From a virus (lineage: Duplodnaviria; Caudoviricetes), in IMG/VR virus record IMGVR_UViG_3300007972_000002, positions 1 to 43,525 of that record: a DNA stretch of 43,525 bases; one strand, given 5' to 3'. Positions 34,821-41,472 of the stretch are shown piece by piece. The first letter of the stretch is position 1. Each line of letters begins with the position of its first letter. Under the pieces are notes generated by a model. The model did no database searches. It had not been told where the DNA came from and saw only the letters and a program-made list of their open reading frames with translations. The position numbers and the translations under genes were made by a program.

Positions 34821-35485
34821 TCGCTGTACAAGTTGTCAAATGTCGCCTGTGCGTCCATGTACGAGTCATCTTGCTCCGCGCAGTGTATCCACTGGCTGGG
34901 CCTGAAGTCTGGAGCACCCTCCCCTGTTTGCCAAAACGCAGGGCTTGTGACCCTGACACGATTATTGGGCAGAGCAACAATGTTGCCTGTCCACTTGCCT
35001 GCATCTGTCAGAACCAAAACATGACTCTGCTTGTGCTGCGCAGGACAATCAGCCACCTCGCTCTCCGTATAGTCTACGGTAAACAGGTACCTGCCTGTGT
35101 GAAACTCCCCATCTATTTTGCACAACCAAGGGCTGGGACTGGTCCTGGCAAACTTGATCACCGTGTGATGGTGAGAGGGACAATCCCAAGGTTGCGCTAA
35201 ATGGGTAGGCATGCGCTCCGGCCACCCTTCCAGTGGAATATCTCCCACCAGCGCAGTGATCGGCATGCGCGCCCACATGGCTCCCCCATGCACGTTTTCA
35301 GAACCATCTACGTGGCTTTCACACCCCGTAAATACAAGCTGAAAACTCAAGCAACGATCCGGCATGACGTTGACCGCAATGACATTTGCGTGCAAGTACT
35401 CGCCATGGTACTTCTGATGCATGTGAGTAAACTCGCGTCTGACCCAGCATTTAAAGTACGGAATGTTGCTGATGAGGTATGCCAT
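34817..35485 (-). CDS. conserved phage hypothetical protein
   Basis: 222 aa; GAMWARMPITAL, QPWDC, YLFTVD, HKQSH, ALPNNRVR; coupled on both sides. Confidence 0.8.
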   Translation of the reverse strand: MAYLISNIPYFKCWVRREFTHMHQKYHGEYLHANVIAVNVMPDRCLSFQLVFTGCESHVDGSENVHGGAMWARMPITALVGDIPLEGWPERMPTHLAQPWDCPSHHHTVIKFARTSPSPWLCKIDGEFHTGRYLFTVDYTESEVADCPAQHKQSHVLVLTDAGKWTGNIVALPNNRVRVTSPAFWQTGEGAPDFRPSQWIHCAEQDDSYMDAQATFDNLYSE

Positions 35486-35802
35486 TACTTAGCGCGTTTG
35501 GCCATCTTCTTAGCAGCACCGCCGGCCGCGTAGCCCTTGGACATCATGCCACCAGACATCATGCCCTTGGCCATGCCGCCTGCAGCGTAGCCCTTGGACA
35601 TCATGCCCCCGCCCATTTTGCCGATGGGCTTGCCCATGGCCATGCGCTTGTGCTCATTGATGTTGCCCTTGTTGGCCATGCCGCCCTTGGCCATCATGGG
35701 GACGCCAGTTTTTTTACTGGGTTCCGACATCATCTTGTTTGCGGGGCCGCTTTCAACAGCACCACCACCGCGCGTAGCGGCTCCCATTCCACGTCCAGTC
35801 AT
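35485..35802 (-). CDS. small basic Met/Lys/Gly-rich protein
   Basis: GRGMGAATRGG and repeated MAKGG/YAAGG; 23-bp direct repeat at 35528 and 35585. Confidence 0.75.
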   Translation of the reverse strand: MTGRGMGAATRGGGAVESGPANKMMSEPSKKTGVPMMAKGGMANKGNINEHKRMAMGKPIGKMGGGMMSKGYAAGGMAKGMMSGGMMSKGYAAGGAAKKMAKRAK

Positions 35803-35803
35803 G

Positions 35804-36166
35804 TTATTTCCCCTTTTTCATTGCACGGCCCTTGACGTCGGCCGTTTTACGTTTAACAGCACGACCCATCTTGTCGCCCATGTCAGAATCTTTCATCATC
35901 TTGCCCCCAGGCATCTTGTGCATGCCTACCGAGCCACCTTTTTTCATTGCAGGAGGCATGCCTTGAGGCGCTCCCTGGGGCATCCCTTGAGGCATGGGGC
36001 CGCGCGCGGGAGGCATTGCGCCCTGCATTGGCATGCCGCCAGCAGGACCGCCCATTTGCATCTTCTTGGGCGTGCCGCCTTTTCTCATCTTGCCAACACC
36101 GTCGGCCGCAAAAGAGGGCACTGATTTGCCGTCTTTTTTAACCATTTTCATTTTTGAGGTCGCCAT
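35804..36166 (-). CDS. small basic Met/Lys/Gly-rich protein
   Basis: VPSFAADGVGKMRKGG, MQMGG, MKKGG; TAAGGAG RBS. Confidence 0.75.
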   Translation of the reverse strand: MATSKMKMVKKDGKSVPSFAADGVGKMRKGGTPKKMQMGGPAGGMPMQGAMPPARGPMPQGMPQGAPQGMPPAMKKGGSVGMHKMPGGKMMKDSDMGDKMGRAVKRKTADVKGRAMKKGK

Positions 36167-36175
36167 ATCTACTCC

Positions 36176-36415
36176 TTACTTTGCTTGTTGAATAAGTTGG
36201 TCAATTTTTGCTTCAAGCCGATTAAAGCGTTGGTCAATGTGGTCAGTAACTCTTTGCACTTCTGTGTTAGTCGCGTAATCACGGGCAATCTCCTCGCGTG
36301 TTTTGTTCAACAGTATGTCTATCCGCTTGACTTCTTCAATTTTTTCACGAATGAAAAACCACAATCCGCCGAGTGCAACGGATAAAACGGTTGACCAGAT
36401 TAAGTTAATGTCCAT
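36176..36415 (-). CDS. small membrane-anchored coiled-coil protein
   Basis: N-terminal TM, then LLNKTREEIARDY...RLEAKID; TGATG overlap. Confidence 0.75.
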   Translation of the reverse strand: MDINLIWSTVLSVALGGLWFFIREKIEEVKRIDILLNKTREEIARDYATNTEVQRVTDHIDQRFNRLEAKIDQLIQQAK

Positions 36416-36669
36416 CAGCATTTCCAGCGCTCCAAAGCAGCCGCCTTGCGGGTAGGCTTGCCTTTTTCATCTTTCATGGGTCCCGGCATGCCGCTCATGC
36501 GCGCGCAGAACGAGTCCTTGCGCTTACCGCCTTTGGGCTGGGGGGCCTTCAAATTACTTCCTGTTGCTGCGTTGTACTTAGCACGGCCTTTGGCAGTCAA
36601 GCCCGCCCCTTTGGAGACGGGCAATTTCTCACCACGACCAACCGAAAGGGATGGCGCTTTCTTAGCCAT
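36415..36669 (-). CDS. DUF6321-like basic protein
   Basis: GLTAKGRAKYN..TGSNLKAP...RKDSFCARM...RWKC. Confidence 0.75.
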   Translation of the reverse strand: MAKKAPSLSVGRGEKLPVSKGAGLTAKGRAKYNAATGSNLKAPQPKGGKRKDSFCARMSGMPGPMKDEKGKPTRKAAALERWKC

Positions 36670-36971
36670 TACTGCGCGGCTCCACCATAAAAGAACAACG
36701 TCACGCTGGTAATCTCCACGCCAGAGACATCAATAAACACCCCTGAGTCAAAAAGAATTCCCATGTCCGGCAAAAGAATGTCAGTGGCTCCGGCCACAGC
36801 AGCGGTGGTGAGGGTCAGCAATGCTGTGGCCCCAACAACACTACCATTCCTTAGCGTAATTGTTCCGGCCGTTGCCGTGTTTGTGAAATAAATGCCGGCT
36901 ACCCGGGTGCGACCCGCAACGGCATGCGCGTCGACAGTCTTTGTGACTGCCTGAATATTGCTGCTGCTCAT
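36669..36971 (-). CDS. small virion structural protein
   Basis: 100 aa; beta-rich; AGGAG RBS; downstream of the capsid genes. Confidence 0.75.
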   Translation of the reverse strand: MSSSNIQAVTKTVDAHAVAGRTRVAGIYFTNTATAGTITLRNGSVVGATALLTLTTAAVAGATDILLPDMGILFDSGVFIDVSGVEITSVTLFFYGGAAQ

Positions 36972-36983
36972 GTCAGCTCCTGG

Positions 36984-37469
36984 TTAAGCGGTACGTGTGA
37001 AGACGTATGCGGTGGCGCTGGAGAACATCAGCGTGAATCGGGCCAGGCCTGTAACACCCGAAGCAACGGTCAAGTCACCAAAGGAACCGGGAGTGTCTGC
37101 AGCAGCGCTAGACAAAATACCGTTCACAGCAACAACAATAGTCACTGTGTTTGCGCCACCGGTGTTGTCAATGTACAGGTCAAAAATTGTGCCCTTAACT
37201 GCTCCCAGTGCTGCTCCAAGCAAAGTGCCAGTTGGCAAAGTAATGGCGGTTGCAGCAGCAGATGTGGAAGTAATGTAGCCAGTAGCAACTTCAGCAGCAG
37301 TGGCGGTTGCAGTGGCATTGATTGCGGCGGTCGTAGCATGCGTGACGCGGCCGGTTCCTGCAATATTGCCTGTGACGTTACCTGTGACGTTACCTGTGAC
37401 GTTGCCCGTAAGATTGCCAACAAAACCATTGGTGGACGTGACTGGGCCGGAGAAGGTGGTTGATGCCAT
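36984..37469 (-). CDS. putative capsid decoration/fibre protein
   Basis: MASTTFSGPV start and GNVT repeats; first gene after the MCP. Confidence 0.75.
   Translation of the reverse strand: MASTTFSGPVTSTNGFVGNLTGNVTGNVTGNVTGNIAGTGRVTHATTAAINATATATAAEVATGYITSTSAAATAITLPTGTLLGAALGAVKGTIFDLYIDNTGGANTVTIVVAVNGILSSAAADTPGSFGDLTVASGVTGLARFTLMFSSATAYVFTRTA
37369..37404. repeat. 12-bp tandem repeat x3 (CCTGTGACGTTA)
   Basis: Encodes (GNVT)n in the decoration protein; third copy ends in G. Confidence 0.85.
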
Positions 37470-37475
37470 GATTTT

Positions 37476-37550
37476 TCCTTACATGCAAGTGAGGGTGTTC
37501 TGTCTGCATGTCGTCAGCCGGGACTGTCAGAACACCGGATGACCCCGGAA
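37476..37550 (-). ncRNA. candidate double-pseudoknot cis-regulatory RNA leader
   Basis: Three interleaved complementary segments (6, 9 and 8 bp) plus a 3-bp hairpin in about 70 nt, ending at the SD. Confidence 0.55.
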
Positions 37551-37557
37551 TAGTTGC

Positions 37558-37586
37558 AATATATCACGGTTTAAAATGAGGCGCAA
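37558..37586 (-). promoter_or_regulatory. sigma70-like promoter
   Basis: TTGCGC-17 bp-TATATT with a TG extended -10, just after the MCP terminator. Confidence 0.6.
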
Positions 37587-37591
37587 CAAAT

Positions 37592-37615
37592 AAAAAGGGC
37601 TCCCGAAGGAGCCCT
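37592..37615 (-). terminator. intrinsic terminator after the major capsid gene
   Basis: AGGGCTCC-TTCG-GGAGCCCT followed by TTTT (cUUCGg tetraloop). Confidence 0.9.
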
Positions 37616-37651
37616 AGTGGCAGGCCAGTCACCTCTACCGTACTGAACCTA

Positions 37652-38557
37652 TTAAGCGCCAGGTGAGCCAAATATGCCACGGGGATCGCTGAAGCCGAAG
37701 CTGTAGCGTTCACGGGCCTTGTAGCGCACGTTGCCGGTGTCGAAGTCGCCTTCAAAACCAGTCTTCAAGGTAACGCGCTCAAACATTTTCATGCCGTTAG
37801 GAGCGTCAGTCTTGATGAAGTACGCATCTGGATCGGTCAGGAAGTTGTTGACCACGTAGCCCTGAGGCACCATGCCCATGTTGAGGATCGCGTTGACGTC
37901 GTTGTCCGCAGTGCCCACACGCAGTGTGGACTTGAGGATACGGTCAGCCGTGAACTGCAACTCTTTAGGGATGATCAGCTTCAAGCCCTGCACCGCAATC
38001 TTCAAACCACGCTCATCGGTGAACGCTTGAATGTCGATCAAAGACTGTTCCAAGGAGGTCTCGGACAAGTCGGCAGGTGTAGCCAGGGTGTTGGCCAGGT
38101 TCGGACCTGACAGGGTAGGGTGGTTGGTTGCGCACAGAACAACACCGTCGCCACCGATGGAGGTGGTGAAAGCGCCGTTGAGCACAGCCGCAGCCTTGAT
38201 CTGCTTGGTCTGAGCCATGGAACGAGCCAAAGCCTTGGTGTAGCGGGCAGACAAGCGGTCGTAGAGGTTATCTTCAACAGCTTCTTCTGTCAGCGAGAAC
38301 GCCAAAGCGATAGTCTCGTGGGTGTAGCGAGCCGTGTAGACCTCTTGCGCCTGGTCGTATGAAACGCCCGAGCCTTCAGTCTTTACGGGAGCTTCGCCAA
38401 AGCCCGATTCCATCACTTCCTCTTCAAACGCGCGGTCAGAAGATTCGATGGCGTAGATTTGGGTGTGTTGATTCTCGTAGTTTTTGTACTCGAGTCCGAA
38501 CAAAGCATTGAGACCAGGCTCAAGCTCTTTCACCAGTTGTGCACGTGAAATTGCCAT
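37652..38557 (-). CDS. major capsid protein
   Basis: 301 aa; MAISRAQLVKELEPGLNALFG.EY...DFDTGNVRYKARERYSFG..DPRG; follows the scaffold and precedes a strong terminator. Confidence 0.92.
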   Translation of the reverse strand: MAISRAQLVKELEPGLNALFGLEYKNYENQHTQIYAIESSDRAFEEEVMESGFGEAPVKTEGSGVSYDQAQEVYTARYTHETIALAFSLTEEAVEDNLYDRLSARYTKALARSMAQTKQIKAAAVLNGAFTTSIGGDGVVLCATNHPTLSGPNLANTLATPADLSETSLEQSLIDIQAFTDERGLKIAVQGLKLIIPKELQFTADRILKSTLRVGTADNDVNAILNMGMVPQGYVVNNFLTDPDAYFIKTDAPNGMKMFERVTLKTGFEGDFDTGNVRYKARERYSFGFSDPRGIFGSPGA

Positions 38558-38568
38558 TTATGTTCTCC

Positions 38569-39144
38569 TTATTGACCAGCAACACCGGCACTACCGTACA
38601 CGTGTTCGTTGATCTTAACTACCACCACGGCAAAAGAGCCGTACTCGTTACTTGGGACGTTGTACAAACCTACCGTCTTTAGGTTCAAAGCGGCTGTAGT
38701 AGCAAGCGTAGAAGAGTTCAGTTCCATGGTGGACACACCAGTGGTGGTGCTTCCGCCTGTACCGATCACGTCTGCATTCTTGCCCACATCCGCAGCAACG
38801 AAACCTGCATCACACTGAACCAAAAACAACTGGCTAGGATCGTCGATCACATCGGCAACAATTTTACCTGCTGTGATGTTGACAGAACCTGGATAGAAGT
38901 TCTTGAACGTGGGTTTTCCTGTGGTGGGATCAATGTAGTTGCAACCGTTAAACACGCCTACCGCAGCAGTGTGTGTAGCAGGGAGAAACCTCGTAATGAA
39001 ACCAGATGCAAGAGCAACCAAGTCGCCTTGGAAAATTGTTCCAGCTTGGTTATCAGCAATCTCATATCCGTACTGTTTTTGTGCACCAGTAGCAGAAAGA
39101 TTGCCAATAGGACGAAAGCCGAAAGCCTTGTCAGTATTAGCCAT
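38569..39144 (-). CDS. minor capsid / head decoration protein
   Basis: MAN.D.AFGFRP, IFQGDLV, VGVFNGC.Y.DP; directly upstream of the MCP. Confidence 0.75.
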   Translation of the reverse strand: MANTDKAFGFRPIGNLSATGAQKQYGYEIADNQAGTIFQGDLVALASGFITRFLPATHTAAVGVFNGCNYIDPTTGKPTFKNFYPGSVNITAGKIVADVIDDPSQLFLVQCDAGFVAADVGKNADVIGTGGSTTTGVSTMELNSSTLATTAALNLKTVGLYNVPSNEYGSFAVVVVKINEHVYGSAGVAGQ

Positions 39145-39171
39145 TTGTCATTTCCTTAAAAGTGAATTCTG

Positions 39172-39651
39172 TTAGCTCTTGTTAGAGCCGCCAAAAGAAA
39201 CGCGAGACTGACGTGTGGGTCGTTGAATGGTCATGCTGTTGTGGGCATTCGCTTTCATCAACTCGTTGTCCGCCGCCTGTAATTGGTCATTCGCTCGACC
39301 TTGGTAATACGCACTGCGTTCTTCCAGTGTCTCATTCGGGATACGTGCAAGAAGTAAGCCTCCCACGCTGATAACACCAGCATGTCGGCCGTCTTCTACT
39401 GTTGGGACATGAAAGTCGGGGTACTCGTCCCCACGAACCAGCTCATACCCCTCGCGGAGCTTTCCAGAGATGTTCGTGCGGTCGTCTTTACCCGCAACTT
39501 CAGCCCGAATCCAACGGTGCTTATATCCAGGAGGTGGAGGTGGCGCATCCAGTCGTGAAGGGGGAGCCCAAGGCTTACGTCGCGCATCTTTCTCCCGGGA
39601 TTCGAGCCCGCGAGAAGTGCGATTGAGGGTAGGCAATTTAACGTCTGACAT
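39172..39651 (-). CDS. conserved head-module protein
   Basis: WAPPSRLDAP..P.GYKHRWIR, LREGYELVR, GGLLLARIP. Confidence 0.8.
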   Translation of the reverse strand: MSDVKLPTLNRTSRGLESREKDARRKPWAPPSRLDAPPPPPGYKHRWIRAEVAGKDDRTNISGKLREGYELVRGDEYPDFHVPTVEDGRHAGVISVGGLLLARIPNETLEERSAYYQGRANDQLQAADNELMKANAHNSMTIQRPTRQSRVSFGGSNKS

Positions 39652-39655
39652 GGTC

Positions 39656-40582
39656 TTACTCCTTTACGTACTTGGCATATTCCTCGAGAGGAACACCCAG
39701 CTTTTTGGCAATTGCAACTTGACTTGGGGTCAACTTGACAGTGCGGCGTGCGTTGTTGATACCCGATGATCGGGATGCAGGTCCCACCGTTTGCACGGTT
39801 CTGGCGGTCCTGTTAGTTTGCGCTTGCTGCTGACCCCCACCCAGTCTCTGGGGGAAGGTCTGCTTCAAGCGGTTGTCTAGCTCATCATAGTACTCATTGC
39901 TGTTTGGGTCAAATCCCTCGCTTTGAATCAACTGGCGATGGATTCCCCACGCTGCATGGGTCATGGCAGTGTCGCGCCCGTACCAGGGGTTTCGCTCGGC
40001 CCAGTCCTCTACTCGAGGGTCAACCTCCTGCTGCACTTGCACCTGAGGCTGCTGGGCAGCCTGCTGGGCGGCAACTTGCTGTTGGTAATTCCATTGCTGG
40101 ACTTGTTGTTCGCGTTGCTGAGTAGCAACATTGATTTGGCTTTGCTCCATGGTCAGCGTTGTGAGACGCTGCTGGGCTTCCGTTTCAGTGTCAATGTCAC
40201 CTTCTTCGCGGGCCTTGCGGATGATCTGCTTGAGAGCCACCACTTGCGTCTGAACACGGCCATTGGCCTCGCCCAGGCGCTCGCCATCCACCGTCATGTA
40301 CTGCTGCTCAAGCTGCGTGGCACGGGCCTGGACGCTCTTGGCGTATTCCAAGGCTGCCTGCTCACGGCGCTGGGTCTCGCGCAGGCGCGCGGTTAGTTTG
40401 TCAATACGTTTCTTGACACCTTCGCTGTACTGGTCAAGCTCGCCCCCATTGGACTGCTGTGACTGGGTCTCGACCAGAGGTGCTTGGGGTTTGTCCAACA
40501 CTTCAGCAGCGCCGTCCTCCCCGATTGCAACGGTGGCAGGACTTTCGTCCTCACCTATCTTAAATTCAAGTTGCTCATTCAT
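39656..40582 (-). CDS. capsid scaffolding protein
   Basis: Acidic/coiled-coil; YSEGVKKRIDKLT, WAERNPWYG, C-terminal LTPSQVAIAKKLGVPLEEYAK; position before the MCP. Confidence 0.8.
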   Translation of the reverse strand: MNEQLEFKIGEDESPATVAIGEDGAAEVLDKPQAPLVETQSQQSNGGELDQYSEGVKKRIDKLTARLRETQRREQAALEYAKSVQARATQLEQQYMTVDGERLGEANGRVQTQVVALKQIIRKAREEGDIDTETEAQQRLTTLTMEQSQINVATQQREQQVQQWNYQQQVAAQQAAQQPQVQVQQEVDPRVEDWAERNPWYGRDTAMTHAAWGIHRQLIQSEGFDPNSNEYYDELDNRLKQTFPQRLGGGQQQAQTNRTARTVQTVGPASRSSGINNARRTVKLTPSQVAIAKKLGVPLEEYAKYVKE

Positions 40583-40594
40583 GCCATTGCTCCT

Positions 40595-41068
40595 TTACAT
40601 GTGCAGAATATCTTCAGGACTGTTGACCACTCCAAGTACCTCATCGTCGTTGATGAGACGAATCTCACCGCCGTCGATTGGGATGCGCGCGCCAGCGTAA
40701 CGGCCAAAGATGATCCAGTCTCCCTCTTTGCACCACGGTCCGGTCGGGAATTTACTCTGGTCAGCATAGGCAAGGTTGCCTACTTTTAGGACATAGCCAC
40801 AGGTGGTAGCGAGCTGGGTCTTGCGTTGCGTTTCTTCGGCCAGGACGATACCGCCCTTGGTCTTTTCTGCGCCGCGATAGGGGAGAATGGCAATGCGCCA
40901 CCCACTAGGTTTTGGAATGGTGTCGATAACCGCTTGGTCGAGCTTCTCGGGGTCAAACCCGAGCTCGGTATAAGCGTCTTCCAAGGCCGGCGGCTTGTTT
41001 ATTGCCTCCTCTGCCCATTTACGCTCCAAAGCGGTCATGTTGATTTCAGGTATCTCTACGGTTTCCAT
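40595..41068 (-). CDS. groES: GroES-like co-chaperonin
   Basis: PKPSGWRI, EKTKGGIVL mobile loop, VLKVG, GDWIIFGRYAG, RLINDDEVLG. Confidence 0.88.
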   Translation of the reverse strand: METVEIPEINMTALERKWAEEAINKPPALEDAYTELGFDPEKLDQAVIDTIPKPSGWRIAILPYRGAEKTKGGIVLAEETQRKTQLATTCGYVLKVGNLAYADQSKFPTGPWCKEGDWIIFGRYAGARIPIDGGEIRLINDDEVLGVVNSPEDILHM

Positions 41069-41078
41069 GGTCTTCCTT

Positions 41079-41282
41079 TCATTTGAGAAAATCGTCTGCA
41101 TCATCCGTGACTTTTTTGAGCAACTCTTTCACGGAATCTTCAACCATTCTCAAACCCTCAAGGCGACCCATCATGAAGCGATACCGCTCCATGTCTGTGA
41201 TGGTTCCGTTCAGGACAATCTGTTTGGATTGATCCTGGAGTTTCCTGATCTCTCTCAGAACTGCTTCTGCAAATTCAAGCAT
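41079..41282 (-). CDS. small helical protein
   Basis: MLEFAEAVLREIRKL...DMERYRFMMGRLEGL; recurrent between portal and GroES. Confidence 0.75.
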   Translation of the reverse strand: MLEFAEAVLREIRKLQDQSKQIVLNGTITDMERYRFMMGRLEGLRMVEDSVKELLKKVTDDADDFLK

Positions 41283-41294
41283 GGTGTTTCCATG

Positions 41295-41322
41295 AAAAGC
41301 AGACGGTACAAGGCTCCGTCTG
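41295..41322 (-). terminator. hairpin / possible weak terminator
   Basis: CAGACGG-9 nt-CCGTCTG followed by CTTTT. Confidence 0.4.
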
Positions 41323-41337
41323 ATAGCACTCACTTAA

Positions 41338-41472
41338 TTAGTATATCTTAACTGGGCGATTGCCGTCTCTCTTCTTCACAATCTTGTACGGACCCTGGAC
41401 CCCCTTTGGAGTCTGCACTCCGTCCTTGGGCCCCTTGTCCCTAAGCGCAGGTTTAGGTTTTTTAAGCGGCAT
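41338..41472 (-). CDS. small basic protein (44 aa)
   Basis: MPLKKPKP...KKRDGNRPVKIY; AGGAGG RBS. Confidence 0.6.
   Translation of the reverse strand: MPLKKPKPALRDKGPKDGVQTPKGVQGPYKIVKKRDGNRPVKIY

Noticed and set aside
37616-37651. Read-through or frameshift signal after the MCP stop
   Set aside because: There is a TAATAG double stop, only weak pairing potential, and a strong terminator immediately after.
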